Below, piece after piece: positions 32,865 through 43,566 of a stretch of DNA of 64,000 nucleotides (position 1 is its first letter; every line of letters begins with the position of its first letter). A program made the position numbers and the translations under genes. The notes under the pieces are model-generated. The model was given only the letters and a program-made list of their open reading frames with translations. It was not told where the DNA came from and made no database searches. Origin of the DNA: a virus (Duplodnaviria; Caudoviricetes); the IMG/VR virus record IMGVR_UViG_3300012232_000010, positions 33,723 through 97,722 of that record. One strand, written 5' to 3'.

Positions 32865-33735
32865 ATTGACCCTCCATATCTCTAAATGCCTCTTTCCATT
32901 CTTCCTCTTCGGAATGCTCTATGAAATTTTCTATAAGGGCTTCCCATTCTAATTTAGGATTTCTAATCCTGCGTCCATCCGGAGCGTAAAATCTTTCCAA
33001 TTCTTTATCATATTTGTAATAATCCTTTTCTTCTTCTACGTAGAAGAGAATACAATCACCTTCTTCGAAGATGAATGGATTTTCATCCTTTTCTTCCTCT
33101 TCAAGATTGGGAATTGTACTTGTTGTATCTCTATGGAAATATTGCTTGTTGTTTCTTAGGAATTCTGTGATAGATTCTTTTTCTCCCTTATAGAACTTAA
33201 CATCCTCTTTCGTGACTTTATCCTCATATTCCTTTTTCCATTCTGCTTGATTGCTAGCATCAAATGGATGAGAATAATCCACTTCAGACTTTATCTCACA
33301 ATCTATTCCGGGAGCAACATTGAATCTCATTCTTGTGTAATCCTTACCCTCATTAGCAAGGATATAGAAGATAGCACAATCTGGCAAAGAGAAATTAGTG
33401 TCGAAATTATCTTCGTCAGCGCCGCTTGGATTTGGACAATTGCCCGGATGTGTATGAATCCAAATTCGCTGACATTGCCAAGGGGCAATCCCCTTATCAA
33501 GCATGTCTTCTACGAATTTAATAGAATCCTCTTCATCCAAGTCAACTGACACAGAAGTGCATTTTTGCTTTACAAGACAGAAATCAGTTACTAGCATAGG
33601 GTCTTCTGTTCCAGAAATCCCATATCCGCCAATCTCTGTATCTCCCGCATCACGCATAAACATAATTTTAGCAAATGCATATGGGGTAAATTTTAAGATA
33701 CCACTAGGATTTTTCTTTGGTTCTAGAAATTCCAT
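32833..33735 (-). CDS. JAB/MPN+ metalloprotease (Ubl-processing/deconjugase) with acidic tail
   Basis: TEIGGYG (Glu) and WIHTHPGNCPNPSGAD = HxH-x7-S-x2-D JAMM motif. Confidence 0.88.
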   Translation of the reverse strand: MEFLEPKKNPSGILKFTPYAFAKIMFMRDAGDTEIGGYGISGTEDPMLVTDFCLVKQKCTSVSVDLDEEDSIKFVEDMLDKGIAPWQCQRIWIHTHPGNCPNPSGADEDNFDTNFSLPDCAIFYILANEGKDYTRMRFNVAPGIDCEIKSEVDYSHPFDASNQAEWKKEYEDKVTKEDVKFYKGEKESITEFLRNNKQYFHRDTTSTIPNLEEEEKDENPFIFEEGDCILFYVEEEKDYYKYDKELERFYAPDGRRIRNPKLEWEALIENFIEHSEEEEWKEAFRDMEGQYESIIGGQIG

Positions 33736-33744
33736 ACTTTCTCC

Positions 33745-34926
33745 TTAAGAAGTTGTTCTTGGACGCCGTGTTCGCCTAACGGGAGTTACTGGTTCTTCTT
33801 CCTTTTCCTCTTCTTTTTCGCAACACCACTTTTCATCATCGTGACATTTCGTACAAATTGTTGATCCACATTGTTTACAAGATTGTTCACAAGATTCGCA
33901 CAAACCTGACTCACATCCATTACATGTGCTTTCATGTTTTTTACAAATATGATCCCCGCATGAATCACAAGATTTACTACATTCTTCACATATGGTTTCG
34001 TCGCACACTTGACAAGTAGTAGCGCAATCTTCGCATAATGTTGTATCGCATCTTTGACAATACGAACTGTTTTCTGAACAACGATTACAAGAATGTGTTT
34101 CACATGCACCACAACTTATTGTCATATGTTCTGAACAGACAGAACAACCACAAGAGTCGCAACAAGAGGCACAATCATCACAAACACTTCTATCACATAT
34201 TTCGCAACAGCACCCACATTCTTCTGGGTCGTAACTACAATCGCATCTTTGGCATCTTACGCCTTCCCACTCATCTAAAGAATGGTATGGCGAATCCCTA
34301 TTATAGTTACTTAGAATATTGATTGCGAGATTGAACACATCCTCTATTCTTCCCTGTTGGGCCGCATCACAAATCAGACTATATCCTTCACCCATACACA
34401 AGGAATCACCATCTACGTGTGGATGCGGATAATTTTCTCCACCACCAGCATAGTTCGGCTCTAGTGCATTTATTGTTAGGAACGAATTAGGGGATGAGTC
34501 TATCAAATTTACAGCCACTCGGACTTCAAATCTTCCTAATCCAATATTTTCAAGAGTTATGGGGCTTGTTGTAACTATCAAATATCCGTCTTCATAAACC
34601 AGAGATTTGAAAGTATTGTTACAAGCTGTCAATTCGGCTAGATAATACTTCGAATCAAAAGATTCTTTCTCGAATTCTAGTCGTTTCTTGTAATCGCTTA
34701 CAATATCTAAAATTCTTGTTATTGCGGTATTAATCTTTTCTTCTATTTTAGAAGAAGCTAGACCAAGGTTGTTACTCATGGCCTTATTTCTTAGAACGTT
34801 ATTTTGGTGTATGGTTAGACTTGCATCTCGGACTTTATTGTGGTTGTATACCACATCTAGTTGTTTCTTTTTAGAAAGTTTGCTATGGAATATGTCTGCT
34901 ACTTCTTTTAGTTGTTCTTTTTTCAT
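33745..34926 (-). CDS. E2-like (UBC-fold) protein with N-terminal helical region and C-terminal Cys-rich repeats
   Basis: YPHPHVDGDSLCMGEG matches the E2 HPH/N...C signature; YN.DSPY; C-terminal CxxC-x4-CxxC repeats; start at ATG 34926 after GAGG. Confidence 0.75.
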   Translation of the reverse strand: MKKEQLKEVADIFHSKLSKKKQLDVVYNHNKVRDASLTIHQNNVLRNKAMSNNLGLASSKIEEKINTAITRILDIVSDYKKRLEFEKESFDSKYYLAELTACNNTFKSLVYEDGYLIVTTSPITLENIGLGRFEVRVAVNLIDSSPNSFLTINALEPNYAGGGENYPHPHVDGDSLCMGEGYSLICDAAQQGRIEDVFNLAINILSNYNRDSPYHSLDEWEGVRCQRCDCSYDPEECGCCCEICDRSVCDDCASCCDSCGCSVCSEHMTISCGACETHSCNRCSENSSYCQRCDTTLCEDCATTCQVCDETICEECSKSCDSCGDHICKKHESTCNGCESGLCESCEQSCKQCGSTICTKCHDDEKWCCEKEEEKEEEPVTPVRRTRRPRTTS

Positions 34927-34945
34927 AAATCCTCTTGCCTCAATA

Positions 34946-34971
34946 GGGGCAGCCCCTTTCGGAGCCGCCCC
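34946..34971 (-). promoter_or_regulatory. GC-rich 11-bp hairpin with GAAA tetraloop between the Ubl and E2 genes
   Basis: Minus strand GGGGCGGCTCC-GAAA-GGGGCTGCCCC (two G-U pairs). Confidence 0.7.
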
Positions 34972-34990
34972 ATTTTCCAATTAGACAGAT

Positions 34991-35221
34991 TTATTCACCC
35001 TTGACCTTGGCTGGTGCGGCGGTAACACGATCCCCATTGAGCAGAACATCATCCATGTCCGCTCTTTCCGAGAAACCGTTGCGACGAATACTGAAGATGT
35101 AATCGTCAAGGTCGCCCTCAAAGTGAACATCAAGGAATTCCCGAACGGTCACACCATCACGAACGTCGTGAGTCTGGGGGAGACCATTTCCCATGTTGGT
35201 AACAAAAGATACTGTGTTCAT
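34991..35221 (-). CDS. Ubiquitin-like (beta-grasp, ThiS/MoaD-like) protein
   Basis: 76 aa; V.DG.TV.EFL, I..NG, D.VL.NGDRV; C-terminus KVKGE; first gene of the E2-JAB-E1 run. Confidence 0.8.
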   Translation of the reverse strand: MNTVSFVTNMGNGLPQTHDVRDGVTVREFLDVHFEGDLDDYIFSIRRNGFSERADMDDVLLNGDRVTAAPAKVKGE

Positions 35222-35242
35222 AAACTGTTCCTTTCTAAAGAA

Positions 35243-35710
35243 CTACACCAAAACACTCTCCGAACACCGGAGAGCGCCAAGACACATCGTATTAAAATCA
35301 TAAGAGGGGCTAAATGGAGAAACGCAATTTTCATAATACTCTATGTTGGCGATTCCCTTTTCAACTAGCCCCCTCATGGTTGCTTTAACACATTGATCGC
35401 TATAAACACCACAAACATTTAGAGATTGTGGAAGATTGAATTTTTCAATAATATCAAGAACCTGTTTGCTCCCATCCAGATTATCTTTTTCCACAAAGAA
35501 AACGTTGGAATAATCTTTTAGGCACGACATAACAGGAGCTACTGTTTTACCAGCTTGTTCGTACTCGACTATTATAATTGGCCAACAATTTCCGATAAAT
35601 TCTTTTAGAAGAGTTTTTACATTCTCAACAAGAATCTTATCGTTGAAGCCTTCTTCATAGACATACGCCGGTTGCATATCTACAACTATAAGAGTTTTCA
35701 TAATCAACAA
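35243..35710 (-). CDS. Isochorismatase/cysteine hydrolase family
   Basis: LIVVDMQ, K, VCGVYSDQCV. Confidence 0.8.
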   Translation of the reverse strand: MLIMKTLIVVDMQPAYVYEEGFNDKILVENVKTLLKEFIGNCWPIIIVEYEQAGKTVAPVMSCLKDYSNVFFVEKDNLDGSKQVLDIIEKFNLPQSLNVCGVYSDQCVKATMRGLVEKGIANIEYYENCVSPFSPSYDFNTMCLGALRCSESVLV

Positions 35711-35960
35711 AGCTCCTTCAAACGTCTTACTTTATTTGCCGTGATAATTTCACGCTTCATTATTGGAGAAACTTTATCCCCCTCAAAGGCAACTTTTGAA
35801 CAATATTTGATTTCCACTGTTTTGGAAGAGATATTGACTATCTCACAGATAGAGCATGAAGCTAGATGCCCCTCTCCCGTTTCCCATATTATTTCCGCCC
35901 TAGAACCTGCTTGAATCATATCTTCTCCCGTTCATAAAATTATATAACAGATATCACCCA

Positions 35961-35999
35961 TATAGGGGTGGAGATTATTTTCTAACCCCCACCCCCATA
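35961..35999 (-). terminator. Hairpin just after the collagen-like gene
   Basis: Minus strand TATGGGGGTGGGGGTTA-GAAAA-TAATCTCCACCCCTATA; no clear U tract. Confidence 0.45.
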
Positions 36000-36013
36000 A
36001 ACCTAATCCACTA

Positions 36014-37420
36014 TTAGAACTTACGACGATTACGATTTGGCATGAATCCTGCCGCAACCGCTAGAGCGCCAGCACTAAAAAGAAGCGATAGGGCATCGGC
36101 ACTACCGCAAAGTCTTCCATCTGGAATCTCTCCCGTTGCACTATTAACTTCACCAACAACAAACTCTACGTTACCACAAGTTAGAGTCGCTGTACCATCA
36201 ATATTCTCTACCAGAGAGCATGACTCACCCGGTCGGCCAACTATACCGTTACCATCAGAGCCATCAGCACCATCTTGACCATCAAGACCATCCGTACCAT
36301 CAGCCCAAGTCACGGTAGTCCCATCTTCACATGTCATGGTATATGTACCATTCTTATTGTCAAGAACAGAACAGGATGACCCATCGGCTCCACTATTACC
36401 ATTATTGCCATCCTCACCATCATTACCGTCTTGCCCACGACAGTCTAGAACGTCAACCGTAGCATCACCATTAGTATCTTCTGTGAAACCACACTTAAAT
36501 CCGCCCTCATTGTACGAGTAGGCGCTGTAGACCTTCAATTCGGAACCAAGCTTGGACGCTGACACATCTTCGATAACTTCTGGTTGTAGACACCAAGCGG
36601 CGAAATCTTCACACGAACCAAATTCAGCAAGACCCAGAGGATCACATAGGTCTTCTGTACCATTTCCATTTAGATCGTAACAATTAATACCATCGAGACC
36701 ATCAGCCCCATCAGAAAGGGTAATGGTTTCTGATTCTGAACCACAAGTAAGGGTGGACGTACCATCCTCATTATCTACAACAGAGCAACCAATACCATCC
36801 GCTCCATCCTCCCCATCCTCACCATCTTGTCCATCAGCCCCATCTTGACCGTCCTGCCCATCGGCCCCGTCTTCTCCGTCAGTACCGTCCTGTCCGTCTT
36901 GACCATCAGTACCGTCTTCACCGTCTTGGCCATCTTGCCCGTCAGCGCCATCCTGACCCGGTTCGCCCTGTGGACCTTGTGGACCCATCACGCCAACTCC
37001 AAGAATCATATCGTGACTAATATCACAACCATCACAATTTTCATCACGGAAGATTGTTACAACAACTTCATAAATTCCGGTAATGTCTGGTGCTGTTAGT
37101 GTAAATGTCTTGGTTCTATTTACCCAGACACCGCCATTCACAGAATCGTTATTCCCGGTATTGTTAAAGCACTGTGTACCAACACCAACAATTTCAATAC
37201 TCGTAGAATCCCAATCTCCACCAGACTTCAGGCCGCAATCAACATCAATCTGAATAGTCGAACTATTCGGTGCTACCAGCGTCGGGATAGCCGAAGGGGG
37301 AAGTGTAAGATTAATTGAATTGAATCTCATATGTTGACCCTCAACACACGACGCAAGAGATTCATTTGCCACGACACCAAGAAGAAGTGCTACTACTAGA
37401 CCAACAGACTTGTGCTTCAT
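36014..37420 (-). CDS. Secreted acidic collagen-like protein with C-terminal membrane anchor
   Basis: Signal peptide; (G-x-D)n tracts; three CS...N.DGT.T.TC-type repeats; C-terminal LCG + hydrophobic helix + RNRRK. Confidence 0.85.
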   Translation of the reverse strand: MKHKSVGLVVALLLGVVANESLASCVEGQHMRFNSINLTLPPSAIPTLVAPNSSTIQIDVDCGLKSGGDWDSTSIEIVGVGTQCFNNTGNNDSVNGGVWVNRTKTFTLTAPDITGIYEVVVTIFRDENCDGCDISHDMILGVGVMGPQGPQGEPGQDGADGQDGQDGEDGTDGQDGQDGTDGEDGADGQDGQDGADGQDGEDGEDGADGIGCSVVDNEDGTSTLTCGSESETITLSDGADGLDGINCYDLNGNGTEDLCDPLGLAEFGSCEDFAAWCLQPEVIEDVSASKLGSELKVYSAYSYNEGGFKCGFTEDTNGDATVDVLDCRGQDGNDGEDGNNGNSGADGSSCSVLDNKNGTYTMTCEDGTTVTWADGTDGLDGQDGADGSDGNGIVGRPGESCSLVENIDGTATLTCGNVEFVVGEVNSATGEIPDGRLCGSADALSLLFSAGALAVAAGFMPNRNRRKF

Positions 37421-38412
37421 AAAAACTCCCTTTAAAACGTACCGTGATTGGTACTAAGATATGTAAGTGCTTAACGCAAGCACTTTTTGTAACCAAGACT
37501 AAAAACTATTGGGTAAAACATTATATTCAAATATTTAAATTTGAAATCAATTACAAATCCATATTCTACGCTATACGGAAATGTATAGAGACAGAATATG
37601 AATCTCCATAAGAATAGTGTTGTTCTTGTACTAGGGATTCTTTTCTCCTTCAATTTATCTTTCATAATTGTCGAATAAAGTTTTGCACACCCTAGTTCAA
37701 AAATTTTCATTTTCCGACCCTTATTCTATCAAACCACGAAAACATAGTTATCCAATGGATTATCATTCTTATCATATTATTATCCCGGTATTACATAAAT
37801 TTCTGGGTCTTTATAGACGCAATGACCCTTATATTTACCTTCTAATATCATAACAATTATGTCACCATTCTTTTGTTTACCCTTTATTCCGTAAAGGATT
37901 TCATCATTATGAATTATATAACATCTTTCACCCAGACCTATACAGGAAAGTCGGACCTTAGCATTCATAGCTTAATTCTCCTTTGGATGAATGTTACAAC
38001 TTGATTTAAGGATGGTTTACCAGCAATCCAAGGCGAGACAGTAAAATGATGAACGTCGTCGCCCGTATCCGGATCAATAATAGTGATGCTATTGTCACCA
38101 AACCAACAATATAGGTTCCCTTCTTGGTCTGGCACACATACTTTAGCGTTTTTTAGTATCTCTTTGAGGGTAATTTCTTTTATCATCAAATTCTCCACGA
38201 TGGTCTCTTAAAGACTTTTTCTTTTTATCCTTTTTATCTTTACCTTTATTGGTAAACTTTTCAAATTGGATAATATCGTCGCTTTGATCGTCGTCTAGAT
38301 TATAATTTTTCGACATTTCACTTACCACACACAACTAAAGCAATGTTATAAACAGCAACACCAATTATAATTAAGCTACCCAAGACAGAAAAACAAATAC
38401 ATTCCCATTTAT

Positions 38413-38775
38413 TCATACCAAACACTCTATTCCTCCAGAATCAGTTGTGTACAAGACTTTAACATTATACTTGGACAAAAGTTTTTGACACTTAAGACAA
38501 GGCTTTGCCATAGATATCCCTTTAACAGAGATTCTAAAGACAAGGATAGTTATATCCTTAAACCTGTCGAATGCTTTAAGCTTATTTAACTTCTTAATAA
38601 GCGCCGCTTCTGCGTGTAGACTCCAATTCACATAATCACCTAAGAGTCTACGATTACTGGCAGTACATATGACGTCACCCCTTTTTGTTAAAGCTATAGC
38701 ACTCATTCTGGCTTTTATAATGTCGGAGTAACCAGCAACTTTGGTCGCTAGCGCTATATGAGAGGCATCAACCAT
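38413..38775 (-). CDS. Cytidine/CMP deaminase-fold protein
   Basis: LHAEAALI and AKPCLKC. Confidence 0.8.
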   Translation of the reverse strand: MVDASHIALATKVAGYSDIIKARMSAIALTKRGDVICTASNRRLLGDYVNWSLHAEAALIKKLNKLKAFDRFKDITILVFRISVKGISMAKPCLKCQKLLSKYNVKVLYTTDSGGIECLV

Positions 38776-39315
38776 AAATCATTCTTTCGATTTATTGCAA
38801 CTTTTGCAATTACAAGTTTCTTTAGATTCGTATTCACGAAGCTTCTTGATTGATTTGAGCATCCTTTCTTTGGTTGCTCTTAGATAATATTCCAAGTCTC
38901 CACTCTGGAAAGACACTCCCCACCATCTTTCTAGTAAGTCTGCTTCTGATGGTGGATCGTGTAATGGTTTATGCTCTAACATAGTTGCTACAAAACCACT
39001 TTTATCTTCAGGCATTTGCTTCCTTCTTAGAAATAACAACGCCAGATTCATCTTCCTCAAGAGCAAGACGAAGAGTGCTTGTGTTAACTTCCTGATTTCG
39101 GAGAGCCTGATAGAGATTGGAGCGAAGGGCTTCTGCTGTCTGATCTTCTTCACACTTTACAACAAGAACCTTACCACCCTCAAGTGCCGTAATAGCCTGA
39201 ATAAGTGGCTGATACTTGGAAGTACGATTCTTGCGGGTGACAACTGACACATCATTAACATTCTTGGTTTCGAACTTCATAGGGTTTCCTTTCTAAAAGT
39301 TGAACTCTTAAACAC

Positions 39316-39699
39316 TTACTTACTACAGAACGTTTCCTTAATTTTGTCACTAAGACCTATCGTTACTAACGTTGAGTATGGAATTAATTGTGTCTGATTT
39401 AGCACGCCATGAATATTCTTTGCGCCAGCGGGATTATGACTGTGGACTACTATTGGAGTTTCTTCATTGATAGACTTAGCAATTTCTTTTGCGACCTGAT
39501 AGCCGGTATTTTCATTTTCGGATGGAACATATATCTCGCCACCAAGATCATGATCTAGGAAAATCAAATCATATTTTCTTGATTTACAAAGGGCTATTCC
39601 AAGCTTAGCTGTTTCAACTATATCTACCTTGAACCCAATGAGTTCTTCTTTGAACCATTTGATTCTAGTCTTGTCATCTTCAACGATCAATATTTTCAT
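39316..39699 (-). CDS. Cyclic-phosphate-processing receiver (cREC)-like domain
   Basis: ILIVEDD..R, IFLDHDLGG, TGY.VA, VHSHNP.G. Confidence 0.75.
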   Translation of the reverse strand: MKILIVEDDKTRIKWFKEELIGFKVDIVETAKLGIALCKSRKYDLIFLDHDLGGEIYVPSENENTGYQVAKEIAKSINEETPIVVHSHNPAGAKNIHGVLNQTQLIPYSTLVTIGLSDKIKETFCSK

Positions 39700-42600
39700 T
39701 TTAATATTTCCCAAATTCCTCACAACCACATCCACAACAATATTCAATATCTTTACAATCACATTCAGTATCACAATATTCGCATAAGTGATAATTTTCA
39801 TCATTACATTTGATATCGTTTACGATCCTTGAAAAGTCTTTGTCTGAAAGCTTGAATTTAACATCGGTTACGACTTCTACTTTACGCAAAGGTGTAATAG
39901 CTTTCGTTTCTACTCTTTCGCTTGTCTCTCCATCGGAAATAAATTCAAGCACTTTAAACGTGACACTATCTTGTTTAGCTTCTCTCAATTTTTGAATCCG
40001 CGCTATTAACTGATCTTTTGACTCGAAATCCTCAAACCAATGAACTGAATCATATGTAAAATCTTCTTCAAAGTATATTGTATACATTACTGATCCTTTG
40101 ACTTAGCCTCTTTTATGACTTTGCCATTATACAACAATCTTATTTCTTCCGCATATCTATCTTCAATTTCGAATCTAAATGCTTGTAATGCCGTTTCTCT
40201 ACTATAATATTGTCCGCAAAAAACATTTTCCCACTCTACTGGAATTTCTGGGAACATCGTCGATCTTCTTTGAATTTGGTACGTCGCGTGTTTATCCCTT
40301 CTCTCCCAAAGAAGATGTTTTATTTCATTTCTAAACTTTTTCTTACTAGATTCGTGTCTAAAAATGTATTTGTCGAATACAATCCCGCACACCGGGCAGA
40401 ATCGGTATTCATCTACAGAATAAATCTGTTTATTGCATGAGAGACATTTGCCTGCCCAACCGTGATAATCTTGCCAGACCAGCAAAGCATTCAGCATTAG
40501 AACTTATCTCCGTATATATTTGTAATAGATTCGACTGGAACGGAAAATTCAAGAACACTATCTTCGGGCGGGGGTGGATATGAAGACCAGCACTGTTTCA
40601 GTCTTTTAAGCAGGACCATGCAGGCATTGTTCATGATTCCAGTATCAATAGCTTCTTCAATCATATCTTGAAATTCTGGTGTTGTACTAATCTTTGTAAC
40701 CATTATATTATCCCCATCTTTTCCAAGAAAAGAAGATAGTTATGCTTATCTTCTAGCGATTCAAAATTAGCTGACTTAACGGTTGCGCTACCGTCTGTAC
40801 AATAATTCCAGAATTTGAAAAAGCTTTCCCAAGTATCTTTGGACGGATCGGAAGTTATTCCTTCAATAGTTATTTCGACAGCTTTCTTTCCATCAACTGG
40901 TGTCATTGTTATAAGGCATTTGTCACAATAATTAACCACCAAATAACAAAGAGATAATGAATCTAGCTGTATCTTTCTACCGCACTCTACGCATTCGAAA
41001 GTCATCATATATCACCAAGACACATTAGTTTCAAAAACCAAGATATGGCAAAACATCCAGATACATAACTAACCACGCAAGAAACCATAATAAAAAATAC
41101 AGCGATTGCGAAAAAAGTTTTTGCTACCATCTATATAGCCCACCAATACGTTTATACAGGCATTTACCTACTTTCCCAACATAGATTTTATCTTCCCACT
41201 TATAGCTAGAGGCTGTTATATCATTACTGTCTACACAAGTAACTTCTACTTCCTTTGTCGGATCATCAAAGGATTGATAGAATACACTACCAAACAATTC
41301 TTTTGCTTTAGCGGAGAAGATTCCATACTTAAAATCACCAGACTCTACCGGCGCTGAGACTACTGGTGGACAGTCCATACATGGCTTTGTCTTAAAGTTT
41401 ATAGTAATCTCACCAGTATCTTGACAATATCTACAATTCATATAGAAATCCCACAATATTGACATTGGTTATAGAACTTAGGGAATCTACAACAAGGGCA
41501 AGACCTACAATCCTTTCTAGTCAAGCCCATTCTCCCGATACATCCATGACACACACCAGTTTTAATAGCTACGTCTAGTCCAGTTTCTATTACTGCTGTT
41601 TGGATTTCGTGAGTTTGTTCTTCTATAATAGAAATAGTTCGTTCTATTAGAACGTTTGGATCAGACTCATCTAGTTCGCAATTACATAGTTCACAATTCA
41701 TGGTGAAGTCTCCATAATTTCAACTATCTCTCTTATTTCGCCGTTGTTATTTTTCCACAAACCATCACACATTCTGGACGCTTCTTTTTCTATTTGTTGC
41801 TTAGTGGAGCCTTCATCTACACGAAAAGAAAATGTAGATTCTTCTGTTGTGATCATTGTAACCTTAACTTTTACTTTTATTGTTGCCACAGATTAACTCC
41901 ATCAATTTAGCTATTGTAAAATTTACTTCTATAAAGTCTCTGTCACTTCCTTCAAAATGAATTTCAGTATTGACTATAGTTCCTAATCTTGATATTTGTT
42001 TAAGATATTTAATTTTGTTTACTGGAATAGAATAATTTTCAATTTCAAGCCAAATTTCTTTTTTATCAAACCACATATTTTATTCCTTAAATTTCATCTG
42101 TAAAACTCTTATTAATTCAGCCGTTTCAGAGTTATCCAGTACAATCCTACCCTCATCAGATTCATTTTTTATCACAATTGATGTTTCATCCAAATCTCTA
42201 GATACAGACATTGTTGTATCATTGATCTGTTCAAATTCATAACGGAAGGTAAAATTATTATCTGGGAATAAGACTTCCTGAATGTAATCTTCGATATCTT
42301 TTTTGGAATAATCATCTGTGCCAACCTTACCGTTTTGGCACCATTTCAGAACATCTACAAGACATGATGACAATCTAAGTTCGGTTCTAGTTTTTATATT
42401 CATTTGCCTTTTTCTCCTATGACTTTAGCCCTCTTTTCAGAGGAATAGGGTTCGTAACCAAAATCATCAGCTCTTTCGAAATCATCAGAATCTATATCTT
42501 CAGCTTTGTCCTTAGCTTCTTCTTCTGAATTCGCCCAAACAATAATTTTCTTAGATTCCGAAATTGTTCGTGTCACTTTTACGATATAATCCGGCATCTT

Positions 42601-43116
42601 ATTGTTCCTTTTCTTGTTCAGCTATTCTCTTAGCGATTTTCGTTTTCCTATTGTTTTTTTTATCCTTGGGAGTAAGGATTACTCCAGACTTGAAAGTCAC
42701 TCGACCCATTCCGGGATCACGACCTAATAAGTTACGCTTTCGTTTTTTCTTTTTGTTCATATTCATGAACCTAAATATCATTCATAGTGTTAATGAATTT
42801 TATAGCCATTCGCCATCCGTATTGATTTGGAACGAATCTAGCAATCGGTGAGTTAATAGGGTCATTCGCCGAGAAATGCGGATCAATAGAAACCATACGC
42901 ATTATATACTCTTTGTCTAGACCTTCAAATACTAAAATTTTATTTCCTTCATAATTATCACAATCCGGATATATAATTTGTACGACAACAAATCTGCCAT
43001 CGTCATACATTCTTTGAATTGTAAAATTTACCGGATTAGGATTTGGATTACGACTACAATCACGACTAGAAGAAGAAAGAAAAAATGCACATCCCATATA
43101 TATTCTCCATTTCAAA

Positions 43117-43188
43117 TACACCCGTCAGGATTCGAACCTGAAATACCAGTTTAGAAGACTGGTGTGATATCCGTTTCACTACGGGCGC
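43117..43188 (-). tRNA. tRNA-Arg(UCU)
   Basis: GCGCCCG acceptor; CCAGT-CTTCTAA-ACTGG anticodon arm; TCAGG-TTCGAAT-CCTGA T arm; no encoded CCA. Confidence 0.9.
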
Positions 43189-43566
43189 TTCGTGTGGCTT
43201 TCGCCGACTATCAAATTAGTTCCGGATGATCTTTAATTGCCTGAAATCTATCGACTACTATTTGACACATTTTATCCAAGACTTCTTGACTCATTCCATC
43301 GAATAAACAAAGCAAATCGTCTTGAATCAATTCGCATTGATCGTCTACGGTTGACCACAAACTTCTAAGCATGTTATTTCTCCACGACGCTGATTCCATC
43401 GTCCTGAATTTCTTTATCCAACTCATAGTATTCTATAATTTTGTTTGTATATTCTAGAAAAGATACTTCATTATTTTCACCGAAAATATACATCAATAGG
43501 TCGTTATGAAGACGATCTTTCACTTCCCCAATTTTAACATAATCAGTGCTAAAACAATAAACCATA

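Noticed and set aside
33786-34112. Val/Asn-rich 108-aa ORF
   Set aside because: Alternate-frame shadow of the Cys-rich repeats of the E2-like gene
32205-35221. Thiamine or molybdopterin biosynthesis reading of ThiF + ThiS-like genes
   Set aside because: No ThiG, MoaE or related genes in the window, and the intervening E2-like and JAB genes point to conjugation
35243-35710. Calling the cysteine hydrolase a nicotinamidase (PncA)
   Set aside because: The metal-binding Asp/His cluster of PncA is not evident; left at family level
36790-36990. 9-bp periodic repeats as a possible CRISPR or VNTR
   Set aside because: They encode G-x-D collagen triplets; no repeat-spacer structure was seen anywhere in the window
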